64,000 nt of DNA, from NCBI GenBank assembly GCA_046539325.1, contig JBKHHD010000001.1, positions 32,001 to 96,000 of the forward strand. Reading direction: 5' to 3'. The notes beneath the pieces are model-generated. The model was not told where the DNA came from. It was given only the letters and a program-made list of their open reading frames with translations, and ran no database searches. Positions within the stretch are counted from its first letter, which is position 1; the number at the start of each line of letters is the position of its first letter. Shown here in pieces: positions 48,130 through 57,290 of this stretch. A program made the translations under genes and the position numbers. The stretch comes from Candidatus Aenigmatarchaeota archaeon (GTDB taxonomy: Archaea > Aenigmatarchaeota > Aenigmatarchaeia > PWEA01).

Positions 48130-49863
48130 CTAACCGTACTTCTCATCGATAACTTCCTCCAGAACTTTCTTCTCACCTTTCGAGAGCATATCCTCAAGCT
48201 CCTCAAGCTTCCTTATATCTCTGTCTGAAAGAAGGTTGTAAAGTACGTCACCTTCCTCGACCTGTCTTCCAACCGTTACCTTGCTTATAGAGACAGCTAC
48301 CCTGTCCCCGCCTTCAGCCATCTCTACAGGAACGTTTTCGTCCTGTATCTCTCTTATAGTTCCTACTCTCTTACCTTCCTTCACGAGATCGTAACCAGGC
48401 TTTATAACACCATCTATGACATCACATCCAACCACCGCAGGCTTCCTTTGCCTGAAGACGTAGCCAGGAAGCAAACGAATCTTTCCTGGACGTGTCACCT
48501 CTTCCAGCTTTTCCCTTCTTATCTCCTCCTGCTTCTTTTCCTTCCATTCCTCATACTCCTCGACCAACCTGTAGACGACTGAACTGGAAAATATCTTTAC
48601 GTCCTCTTCACACATCTCAGCAGCCTCGGTAACGCCTACGTTGAAGGCAAATATTCCTCTCTGAAGAGGATCTTTGACGGAGCTAGCTTCCATAACGTCT
48701 TTACGCGTGACGTCACCTATTGACGCTTTCGTTATAGGAATTTCCTTCTCCTCGAGCATGTTTATGATTCCTTCAAGGCTGCCCAACGTATCAGCCTTTA
48801 CTACAATACCTTCGCCTTCGGACTCCATCTCGATGTCCTCAACCTCTTCCTTCAGTTCCCCAAGAGCTTTGTCCGTATCGCCCTCAGGTCCAAGACTCTG
48901 AAGAGGTGAGCCAGCCACAACCTTGTCAAGACCAGGTCCGGATATCTTTACACCGGAAGCAGCCTTTACCTCCTCGACGTTCTTGAACTTCTTCTCCGTC
49001 CTGAGCTCCTCGAGCTCCCTTGGTTTGAGAAGAGCCTTAATCTTTGAGACAACAGGATTTTCGCCGCCAATGGCAAGCTGGTCACCTTTTCTCATAACAC
49101 CTTCGTACAGTATTACGTCCAGGGTGGTTCCCAGGCCTTTAGACTCCTTGACCTCCAAAACTGTTCCCTTACCAACATCTGACGTAAGTTCCAGTTCATC
49201 TGAGAGGTATTTCTGAGAAAGTCCTATAAGGACCGCTAGGAGATCCGGAACCCCTTCGCCGGTAAGCCCAGAAACAGGAACTATAGCAACCTTGTCTCTG
49301 AAATCATCGACCCTGTCAAACCTGTCCGCAGTGACGTTCATCTCGGAGAGGTCACCCATAAGCTCGTATACCTTTTCGTCGAGTTTGTTTCTCACCTTCT
49401 CCCTTTGTTTCTTATATGTATTAGAAAAACAGGCTCCTTCAACAGAGTTCCAACCACGTATCTTGTCCGTTTTAGTAGCAGCGACGACAAAGGGCGTATT
49501 AAACTCCTTCAAGAACTTTAGAGACTCCTTTGTCTGCGGCTTAAAGCCTTCGTTGACGTCTACCACTAGAACAGCAAGATCGGAGACGGACCCGCCTCTC
49601 TTTCTGAGAGTAGTAAAGGCCTCGTGGCCTGGGGTATCTATAAACAGAAGGCCAGGCACTTTAATGTCCTCCGTCGTCAGAAGACCGCCGCACAAGCTCT
49701 TTACAACGTCAAGGGTTATCTCAGTAGCACCTATATGCTGTGTTATTCCTCCCGCCTCACCTGAAGCTACCTTCGTTTCTCTTATACGGTCGAGTATAGT
49801 CGTCTTTCCGTGATCCACGTGGCCTAGTACCGATATTATCGGCTGCCTTCTTTTTTCCGACAT
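48130..49863 (-). CDS. infB: Translation initiation factor aIF5B (IF-2)
   Basis: RQPIISVLGHVDHGKT, GEAGGITQHIGAT, DTPGHEAF, KADTLGSLE; GGTGT-5nt-ATG 49863. Confidence 0.97.
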   Translation of the reverse strand: MSEKRRQPIISVLGHVDHGKTTILDRIRETKVASGEAGGITQHIGATEITLDVVKSLCGGLLTTEDIKVPGLLFIDTPGHEAFTTLRKRGGSVSDLAVLVVDVNEGFKPQTKESLKFLKEFNTPFVVAATKTDKIRGWNSVEGACFSNTYKKQREKVRNKLDEKVYELMGDLSEMNVTADRFDRVDDFRDKVAIVPVSGLTGEGVPDLLAVLIGLSQKYLSDELELTSDVGKGTVLEVKESKGLGTTLDVILYEGVMRKGDQLAIGGENPVVSKIKALLKPRELEELRTEKKFKNVEEVKAASGVKISGPGLDKVVAGSPLQSLGPEGDTDKALGELKEEVEDIEMESEGEGIVVKADTLGSLEGIINMLEEKEIPITKASIGDVTRKDVMEASSVKDPLQRGIFAFNVGVTEAAEMCEEDVKIFSSSVVYRLVEEYEEWKEKKQEEIRREKLEEVTRPGKIRLLPGYVFRQRKPAVVGCDVIDGVIKPGYDLVKEGKRVGTIREIQDENVPVEMAEGGDRVAVSISKVTVGRQVEEGDVLYNLLSDRDIRKLEELEDMLSKGEKKVLEEVIDEKYG

Positions 49864-50154
49864 TTCCGACACCTTTTGCATATATAGTGCTAGCGGGAGT
49901 CATTCCTACACTATAATTCCGCCGAAGATATTTAAAATAGTTAGGAGGGCTCAGATATGAGGCCAAGGAAAGCTCCACTCGTAAGCCATCTGTTAATGAA
50001 AGGCCACGGTATAGATATATTTATCTCGTCAAAAAACGAGGATACATTTATAAAATCGTCGAACAATGCTTTAGCCAAGGATTGGTGAGGAACTTTTAAA
50101 GAAATTAAAAACTTTTAAATTGTGCAGAACAATATTAGCTGGAGGCAGTTAACA

Positions 50155-50691
50155 ATGAAACAGATAAGGATACATGGACGTGGCGGCCAGGGCTCTGTTA
50201 CTATGGCTTCCATGATGGCAGAAGCAGCTTTTGAATCAGGTAAAGAAGCCCAAGGATTTCCATCCTTCGGTGTAGAAAGATTGGGCGCACCCATAGAAGC
50301 CTACGTCCGAATAGACAACAAAGAAATAACGGACAGAAGCCAGATCTACAATCCTGACTTCGTGATAGTCCAGGACTCCACGCTCATAGAGCTCGTGGAA
50401 GTTGAAAAGGGTCTAAAAGATGATGGAATGATACTTATAAATACTTCAGAGGACGCCGAAAACATAGATCTGGACACAGAAGCAGAAATCGTAACAGTGG
50501 ACGCCACAGAAATAGCACTCGAGCACCTTGGAAAGCCGATTATGAATACTGCACTTGCTGGAGCCTTTGCAAAGGCGACAGGCTTGATAGAAGAGGAAAG
50601 TATGGCAAAGGTTATAAGGGAAACTTTCGAAGGAGAGATAGGTCAAAAGAACGTCAAAGCTATGGAAGAAGCTTACGGGGTTGTACAATGA
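50155..50691 (+). CDS. porC: Pyruvate/2-oxoacid:ferredoxin oxidoreductase gamma subunit
   Basis: IRIHGRGGQG.VT, FPSFGVERLGAP, VDATEIA, NTALAGAF. Confidence 0.95.
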   Translation: MKQIRIHGRGGQGSVTMASMMAEAAFESGKEAQGFPSFGVERLGAPIEAYVRIDNKEITDRSQIYNPDFVIVQDSTLIELVEVEKGLKDDGMILINTSEDAENIDLDTEAEIVTVDATEIALEHLGKPIMNTALAGAFAKATGLIEEESMAKVIRETFEGEIGQKNVKAMEEAYGVVQ

Positions 50692-50972
50692 CAAAGGATC
50701 CATACGAAGATCTGGAGATAAAGACTGGCGCGGCAACGGAGCCCAGGGGCACACTTGTAAATAAAACAGGAAGCTGGAGGTCTCAAAGGCCTGTAATAGA
50801 CCATGAGAAATGTGTGGCATGCGGGAACTGTGAGAAGTTCTGTCCTGATATGGCAGCAAAGGAAACGGAAGAAGGCAGGTTTGAAATTGACCTGGACTTC
50901 TGTAAGGGCTGTGGAATATGTGCCGAAGAATGTCCTGTAAACGCTATTGAAATGGAGAGGGAGGAGAAATAA
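50688..50972 (+). CDS. porD: POR delta subunit (2x[4Fe-4S])
   Basis: KTGSWRSQRPVID..KCVACGNCEKFCPD...DFCKGCGICAEECP. Confidence 0.95.
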   Translation: MTKDPYEDLEIKTGAATEPRGTLVNKTGSWRSQRPVIDHEKCVACGNCEKFCPDMAAKETEEGRFEIDLDFCKGCGICAEECPVNAIEMEREEK

Positions 50973-50973
50973 T

Positions 50974-52191
50974 ATGGCAGAAATGATGACAGGATACGAC
51001 GCTGTTGCAGAGGCCGTGAAGGCCTGTAACCCAGACGTTATACCTGCATATCCTATAACGCCACAAACGGATATCGTAGAAAAAATAAGCGAAATGGTCG
51101 CAGACGGCGAGCTTACAAGCGAATACGTGAGAGTGGACAGTGAGTTCAACGCTGCTTCCACCGCACTAGGTGCGAGCGCTGCAGGAGCAAGAGTTTTCAC
51201 CGCGACCTGCTCACAGGGACTTAAGCTTATGAGCGAGCCTATCTTTAGCGCCTCAGGGATGAGGTTGCCTCTTGTTCTCGCTGTAGCCAACAGAAGTCTC
51301 TCAGCACCTCTAAGCATATGGGGAGACCATACTGATACATTTGCAGAAAGGGATGGTGGAATGATTCAGTTTTACGCAGAAGATGTACAGGAAGCCATGG
51401 ACAACATAGCGATGGCCTACCGCGTCGCAGAGGACAAGGATATTTCACTGCCTGCTCTTTCATGCCTGGATGGATTTATACTAACGCACGTGCAGGAGAA
51501 GGTCGAACCATTTACTGAGGAGGAATTAAAGGAGTTCCTTCCTGAAAGGGACCCGGTCCATACCTTAGACCCTTCGGATCCGACGACGATGGGGGCCTAT
51601 GCAAGACCTGAGCACTGGACCGAGACGAGGTACGAAGTACATGAAACTGTGAAAAGATCCAAAGACAAGATCGGCGAAGCTGTAAAGGAGTTCGCAAACA
51701 TATTCGGAAGAGAGTACGGCCTAGAGCACAACGGACTTCTGGAGACGTACAGAACGGAGGATGCAGACGTTATATTAGTCGCTCTGGGAAGCGTCTGTGG
51801 AACTATGAGATATATCGTGGACGAGTACAGGGACAAGGGCCAAAAGGTCGGTATGGTAAGGCCAAGAGTTTACAGGCCTTTCCCTGTTGAAGAGATAAGC
51901 AAGGCCCTAGAGGAAGCTGAAGCTATAGCAGTCTTAGAGAAGGACGTTTCGCTCGGCTATCAGGGTGGTCTAGCAATAGATATAAAGTCCGCTCTCTACT
52001 CCAACGGAAGCAAGATACCAATACTCAACTTCATCGTAGGATTGGCTGGAAGGGACGTGACAAAGGACAACCTCAGGAACATTGTAGAGCAAACGAAGGA
52101 ACTACGTGGCAAGGGCCCTGAGGACATCAGTGAGGAGGAAAGGTGGGAACCTTTGAGGACTGAAATTTTATCAGGTGATAAGAATGACTGA
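50974..52191 (+). CDS. porA: POR alpha subunit
   Basis: AYPITPQT, SEFNA, TATCSQGL, NRSLSAPLSIWGDH, DGFILTH. Confidence 0.95.
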   Translation: MAEMMTGYDAVAEAVKACNPDVIPAYPITPQTDIVEKISEMVADGELTSEYVRVDSEFNAASTALGASAAGARVFTATCSQGLKLMSEPIFSASGMRLPLVLAVANRSLSAPLSIWGDHTDTFAERDGGMIQFYAEDVQEAMDNIAMAYRVAEDKDISLPALSCLDGFILTHVQEKVEPFTEEELKEFLPERDPVHTLDPSDPTTMGAYARPEHWTETRYEVHETVKRSKDKIGEAVKEFANIFGREYGLEHNGLLETYRTEDADVILVALGSVCGTMRYIVDEYRDKGQKVGMVRPRVYRPFPVEEISKALEEAEAIAVLEKDVSLGYQGGLAIDIKSALYSNGSKIPILNFIVGLAGRDVTKDNLRNIVEQTKELRGKGPEDISEEERWEPLRTEILSGDKND

Positions 52192-53110
52192 AGACAAGTT
52201 CAAACACGAAGAAGACCTGTTCTGCTCCGGGCATAGAGCATGTCCAGGTTGTGGAGCCGCGCTTACCTCAAAGCTTGTAACAGAAGCAACAGGTTCCCAG
52301 ACTATACTCTCGATGCCTACCGGATGTATGGAAGTTACGACAACACCTTACCCGGAAAGCGCCTGGGGAATAAGCTGGATGCACAATATATTTGAGAACT
52401 CCGCCGCAATTGCAGGGGGAATAGAAACCGCTTACAAGGCCTTTGACAAAAGGAACAAGGAAGGTTACATGGATCACGACGACGTGAACTTTGTAGTTCT
52501 AGCCGGTGATGGAGCCACATTTGATATAGGTATAAGGAGCTTAAGCGGAATGATGGAAAGGGGTCACGACGTTCTCTACATATGCTACGACAACGAAGCT
52601 TACATGAATACAGGGATTCAGAGGAGCAGTAGTACACCGATCGGTGCAGCCACGACAACGAGTCCAGCAGGAAAGGAAAGCCATGGTGAAAACATTCATA
52701 AGAAGGATATGCCTAGTATAGCTGCTGCCCATGGACTTGAGTACGTAGCTACAGCCAGTATCGCTTACCCCGAGGACTTCCAAAAGAAGGTGAAGAAGGC
52801 TCTGGAAATAGAAGGTCCGAAGTATATTCAGGTCTTCTCTCCTTGCCCACGTGGCTGGAGACATGATGCAAAGAACAGTGTAAAGATAGCAAGGCTTGCG
52901 GTGGAAACAGGAATGTACCCGATCTACGAAATGGAGAACGGACAGATAACCAACGTCAAGAAGATCAAGGATCGGAAACCTGTCGAGGAATATTTGAAGA
53001 CACAAGGCAGATTCAAGCATCTCTTTGAGCAGGAAGGTGGGGAAGAAGTAATTGAGGAGCTTCAGCAAATTGCTGACGCAAACGCTGAAGAGCTAGGGAT
53101 CGATAAGTAA
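52184..53110 (+). CDS. porB: POR beta subunit
   Basis: GHRACPGCG, TGCMEV, GDGATFDIG, YDNEAYMNTGIQRS, SPCPRGW. Confidence 0.95.
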   Translation: MTEDKFKHEEDLFCSGHRACPGCGAALTSKLVTEATGSQTILSMPTGCMEVTTTPYPESAWGISWMHNIFENSAAIAGGIETAYKAFDKRNKEGYMDHDDVNFVVLAGDGATFDIGIRSLSGMMERGHDVLYICYDNEAYMNTGIQRSSSTPIGAATTTSPAGKESHGENIHKKDMPSIAAAHGLEYVATASIAYPEDFQKKVKKALEIEGPKYIQVFSPCPRGWRHDAKNSVKIARLAVETGMYPIYEMENGQITNVKKIKDRKPVEEYLKTQGRFKHLFEQEGGEEVIEELQQIADANAEELGIDK

Positions 53111-54028
53111 TCACTCTAATATTTCTATATCGTCTGTTTTTCCATCTCCGTCCCTATCCAAACCCTTTATAACCCTGCAAAACTCCTCTCCTCGTTGATA
53201 ATCATCGAAAACTCTATCGGACCGATGTATTGCTCCGAGGATACACGTCTTTGTTCCTTCGAAGTGAAGCCCAGAAAGCAGTATTCTCTGATAGCCGTTG
53301 TTTTCTATCTTTGCTACAAGGCCCAGATTCTCATCGGAATACGTATTTCCGGTTTTATCCGAAACTATCTTCCAGGTCTTTTCCCAGTCGAAGCGAACGC
53401 TCAACTCCTCGTTTAGCTCCCTTGAAACAGTGTTTGTTATAGGACCCCCTATCAGTATTAGGTTTCTATCCAAGGCTTCCTCTGCTTTAACTTCGGTGTC
53501 CAGTTTCACTACAAATCTCTCTTCCAGGTTGCAAAATCCACCTAAAAAAATTCCAAGCTGAACCGCATAATGTCCGTCTCGGGAAGCAGTCATAAAGGGA
53601 CCGTGCTCCTTTGGTGAGCCAACAACTATCGAACCACTGAAGCTTTCACCGGAAACAAACTCAGAAAAGAAGTCCAGGGCTCCTTCAGGAACATCAGGCT
53701 TTCTTCCTCTGCTTTCCCTCCAGTTGTCGTTTATCTCAAATCCGACAGAATCCGTAGTAGGACGGTAGAACTTGCAGAGAGCACCACCCCTTCTCTCCTC
53801 CTTTGCAACTTCAACAAGACCGGCTTCCTTTAACTTTTCGATATGATAGTAAACCTTCTGTTCATGGACACCTAAATCCTCTGCAATCTTTTTGGGATAA
53901 GTCCCCTTTTCGTCTATTGACCTAAGGATTTCAAGTGTTTTTTCACTTACAGCTCCTGCATTGTTAGAATCCAAGAGCCTGATGTCCTTTGAATAAAAGT
54001 TGCCGTTATCTTCTCTGGTAATCTTCAT
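53111..54028 (-). CDS. ArsR-like HTH regulator with uncharacterised C-terminal domain
   Basis: YPKKIAEDLGVHEQKVYYHIEKLKEAGLV; C-terminal IVVGSP.EHGP, NLILIGGPITN; divergent from the nucleotidyltransferase-glmS operon. Confidence 0.75.
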   Translation of the reverse strand: MKITREDNGNFYSKDIRLLDSNNAGAVSEKTLEILRSIDEKGTYPKKIAEDLGVHEQKVYYHIEKLKEAGLVEVAKEERRGGALCKFYRPTTDSVGFEINDNWRESRGRKPDVPEGALDFFSEFVSGESFSGSIVVGSPKEHGPFMTASRDGHYAVQLGIFLGGFCNLEERFVVKLDTEVKAEEALDRNLILIGGPITNTVSRELNEELSVRFDWEKTWKIVSDKTGNTYSDENLGLVAKIENNGYQRILLSGLHFEGTKTCILGAIHRSDRVFDDYQRGEEFCRVIKGLDRDGDGKTDDIEILE

Positions 54029-54128
54029 AGATATAAACTGTGGTTCTTATTATAAATATTTTTACAATGAGAAGGATTCTATTTTAATTATTTTTATATA
54101 ATTCTAAGACCAAAATAATGCAGGTAAC

Positions 54129-54848
54129 ATGGATGCTCTTGTACTTGCTGCGGGTAAAGGAACGAGGCTACGTCCTTTAACAGATCAGAAGCCTAAGGTT
54201 CTTGTCGAGGTCAAGGGAAAGTCTCTGATAGAGCACATCATCGATGATCTCAAAGAGATTGGAGCAAAACAGATTACAGTCGTAAAGGGTTATATGGGTG
54301 AAATGCTGGAGGAAAGGCTTGATAAGTACGAAAACATTGATTTCATACAACAGGAAAAGCAGCTCGGGACAGCACATGCCATAGGACTATCATCGTTCAG
54401 CTCTCCTTTCCTAACAGTAAACGGAGACGTCTTCATGCATAGGAGGAATCTCAGGAATCTTGTCTCCGCCTTCGGAGAAGATACGGAAGCTGTCATTGGA
54501 AGTATGAGGGTAGAAAATCCTGAGGAGTTCGGCGTTCTCGAGGTTAAAGGAAGGGAGGTCAAGGATATAATCGAGAAGCCTGACGAACCCCCTTCCGATA
54601 TAATAAACACCGGAACATACGTCTTCTCGCCGGAGATATACAAATACATAAAAAGAACAGAGGTTTCTGAAAGAGGAGAATACGAGATAACCGATTCCCT
54701 TCGGATGATGCTAAAGGATGGAAAACCAGTGAGCCATGCCAAATTCAGTGATTACTGGATAGATGTGGGAAGGCATGAGGATTTGGCGAGAGCAAAAAAC
54801 ATAGAGACAAAGGACAAAACAAAGAGGTCGGTAGTATCTGTGGGATAA
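54129..54848 (+). CDS. Sugar-phosphate nucleotidyltransferase (GlmU N-terminal/RmlA-like, no acetyltransferase domain)
   Basis: LAAGKGTRLRPLT..KPK, QLGTAHA, NGD, IIEKP, SERGEYEITD, WIDVG. Confidence 0.92.
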   Translation: MDALVLAAGKGTRLRPLTDQKPKVLVEVKGKSLIEHIIDDLKEIGAKQITVVKGYMGEMLEERLDKYENIDFIQQEKQLGTAHAIGLSSFSSPFLTVNGDVFMHRRNLRNLVSAFGEDTEAVIGSMRVENPEEFGVLEVKGREVKDIIEKPDEPPSDIINTGTYVFSPEIYKYIKRTEVSERGEYEITDSLRMMLKDGKPVSHAKFSDYWIDVGRHEDLARAKNIETKDKTKRSVVSVG

Positions 54849-56569
54849 CAGGGTACTGCGGACAAGGTAAGACTCCAGAAGTACTGCTCGATTGTTTGGA
54901 AAGGTTGGAGTACAGGGGATACGACTCTGCAGGCCTTGCATTTCTCAATGATTCAGGCATACAGGTAAGCAAGGCAACAGGAACCCTTGATGAACTTGAT
55001 TTTGATTCAGAGGATATAGATGGAGAAATAAATACAGGCATCGGCCATACAAGATGGGCCACACATGGAGATGTTTCAAAAGAAAACGCCCATCCACACA
55101 GCTCTTGCAAAGGAAGGTTTGTATTAGCACACAACGGGATAATAGAGAACTGGAAAGAGCTGAAGGAACAGCTTAACAACCACACCTTTGAATCAGAAAC
55201 CGACTCCGAGGCTGCTGTCCATTACATAGAGGAGAAAGCAGATAAATTTACAACGGAAAGGGCTATTCAGGATTTTATGGAAGAGGTAGAAGGCAGCTAC
55301 GCTATAACCCTCCTTGATTCGAAACAAGAAAAGTTATACGTTATGAAAAGCGGCTCACCCATTGTGATAGGTATCAACGAAGAAGAAGTTTTTGTCGCAT
55401 CCGACGTCTACGCTTTTTCACCGTACACAGACAAAGTAATGTTTCTCAAGGACGAGGAATATGCGGTTGTAGAGGAGGGAAATGTTACAGTAAAGGACAA
55501 GGAAGGCAAGGAAGTTGAAAGGGGCCTCAAAACTGTACAATGGGAACAGGAAAGTTCCGAAAAGGAGGGTTTCGAACACTATATGCACAAGGAGATAAAG
55601 GAAATTCCAAATGCCCTGAAAAAACTACAGAACTCCTTGGATACGACACAAAATGAGAGGCTTAAGAAGTTCGCTGAAAAAATAAAGGATCATGGAAAGG
55701 TTGTCTTCGCCGCCTCAGGGACCAGCTACCATGCTTCTCTACTGGGTGTCTATTTTCTTCAGAAAGCAGGTGTAGAAGCACGGGCATTTTTAGCCTCGGA
55801 GCTCGGGAACTATGACAGGGTTGACGACGATACTCTTCTCATTCCGGTATCACAGTCCGGTGAGACAAAGGACGTGCTTGAAGCAATGAAATACGCAAGA
55901 AACAAAGGAGCGGAAATAGCCTCTATAACAAACGTGCCCCATTCCACGGTCGAGAGGAAGTCAGATATAAACCTTAGGATAAAGTCTGGGCAAGAGGTCT
56001 GTGTTGCCGCTACGAAAACATTTACAAACCAGGTCTACGCGCTAATGAGGATAGCTGAAGAGATGGACGGACTGAGCTTTGAAAGAAACATAGAAAGTTC
56101 TCTTAGAGAGGTCATCGAAAGAAATGAAGAACCAATAAAGGAGCTCGCAGAGGAACTTAAGGAAGAGGAAGACATATACATCATCGGCAAGGGTGAGAGC
56201 TTTCCTGTCGCGAGGGAGATATCGCTGAAACTAAAGGAAATAGCCTACATACACGCCGAAGGAATGTTGGCAGGTGGATTGAAACATGGAACTTTAGCGC
56301 TTATCGAGGAAGGAACTCCCGTTATTTCTCTAATACCAGAAAAGGATTCGGACATGATTTCAAACGTCAAGGAGGCAGAATCACGGGAAGCAAGGACGAT
56401 AAGGATATCACCCCACTACGGCGACTTCTACCTACCTGAGACAGAAAACGGCGATTTCTCCTTTTTCGCGGCAGCAATAGGTTTCTTGCTTACATACTGG
56501 ATAGCCAGGGAGAAAGGACTGCCTATAGACAAGCCGAGGAACCTCGCTAAATCAGTCACAGTCCAGTAG
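54836..56569 (+). CDS. glmS: Glutamine--fructose-6-phosphate aminotransferase (ATC start)
   Basis: ATC TGT GGG ATA = (M)CGITGY; RLEYRGYDSAG, GHTRWATHG, HNGIIEN, SQSGET, KHGTLAL, PRNLAKSVT. Confidence 0.95.
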   Translation: MCGITGYCGQGKTPEVLLDCLERLEYRGYDSAGLAFLNDSGIQVSKATGTLDELDFDSEDIDGEINTGIGHTRWATHGDVSKENAHPHSSCKGRFVLAHNGIIENWKELKEQLNNHTFESETDSEAAVHYIEEKADKFTTERAIQDFMEEVEGSYAITLLDSKQEKLYVMKSGSPIVIGINEEEVFVASDVYAFSPYTDKVMFLKDEEYAVVEEGNVTVKDKEGKEVERGLKTVQWEQESSEKEGFEHYMHKEIKEIPNALKKLQNSLDTTQNERLKKFAEKIKDHGKVVFAASGTSYHASLLGVYFLQKAGVEARAFLASELGNYDRVDDDTLLIPVSQSGETKDVLEAMKYARNKGAEIASITNVPHSTVERKSDINLRIKSGQEVCVAATKTFTNQVYALMRIAEEMDGLSFERNIESSLREVIERNEEPIKELAEELKEEEDIYIIGKGESFPVAREISLKLKEIAYIHAEGMLAGGLKHGTLALIEEGTPVISLIPEKDSDMISNVKEAESREARTIRISPHYGDFYLPETENGDFSFFAAAIGFLLTYWIAREKGLPIDKPRNLAKSVTVQ

Positions 56570-56607
56570 TTTCCAAGCTTTTAAAGATTCTGTACAAAAG
56601 TAGGAAT

Positions 56608-56886
56608 ATGTCAGACAAAGAAAAGTTAGGATATCATAAAGGCGCCATGGAAGCTCTGATCAATGAGAAGATAGAGCTCTCACGTCTCCTGAAGATAGTC
56701 AACTCACTGATCCAAAGACACTCCAAGTCTCTCGAGGAGATGGGCGTCGATGTCGAAAAGTTCATAGAAAACGTTCAAAAGAAAAGGGAAAAAAGCGCAA
56801 GAAAGGCGACCGAGAAAAGCAAGAGATCCTCACAGGACAAAGGAGAGTTTGATCTGTCGGACGAAGAACTTCCTGAAGAGTTCTAG
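56608..56886 (+). CDS. Hypothetical protein
   Basis: 92 aa, GYHKGAMEALINEK..., helical, acidic tail; first gene of the run leading to rpoE'. Confidence 0.7.
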   Translation: MSDKEKLGYHKGAMEALINEKIELSRLLKIVNSLIQRHSKSLEEMGVDVEKFIENVQKKREKSARKATEKSKRSSQDKGEFDLSDEELPEEF

Positions 56887-56894
56887 GTGGAAAA

Positions 56895-57290
56895 ATCACA
56901 ACAGTAATACTTGATGCCAACTTCGTCATGGCTCCTGGCGAGGTTGGTGTGGACGTCTTTGAAGAGATAGGCGGGATGTTGAACGGAAATTACAATCTTG
57001 TGATGCCCGAACCGGTGAAAAATGAAGTCCGGAAGCTTTCAAGGGGAAGGGGTGAAGAGGCAAAGGCCGCAAGAATAGCTCTTGAGCTTGTCGAGAGGCA
57101 AGGTGTTGAGATCGTAGAAACAAGTAGAAAAGACGGGGACGCTTCAATAGTCGAAGCTGCAAGGAAATTTGAAAAGCCTGTTATAGCAACCAACGACAAG
57201 AATCTGAGGAACCAGTTCAGACAGAGGTCAATTCCAACAGTTTACGTAAGAACAGGAGACCACGTTGAGATGGAAGGTGATATAAGATGA
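56895..57290 (+). CDS. PIN-domain protein (Fcf1/Utp24-like; probable ATC start)
   Basis: In-frame TTVILDANFVM lies upstream of the track ATG 56928; PEPVKNE, DASIV, IATNDKNLR; AGGTGG-4nt-ATC. Confidence 0.85.
   Translation: MTTVILDANFVMAPGEVGVDVFEEIGGMLNGNYNLVMPEPVKNEVRKLSRGRGEEAKAARIALELVERQGVEIVETSRKDGDASIVEAARKFEKPVIATNDKNLRNQFRQRSIPTVYVRTGDHVEMEGDIR

Noticed and set aside
49883-49915. Inverted repeat TATAGTG...CACTATA upstream of infB
   Set aside because: It straddles the predicted TSS, so it is unlikely to fold in the mRNA; there is no second copy to support an operator.
49955-50090. AAGGAAAGCTCCAC resembling RNase P RNA CR-I, and a 43-codon ORF (MRPRKAPLV...)
   Set aside because: No matching 3' P4/CR-V strand and too little room for the RNA; the ORF composition is atypical and unsupported.
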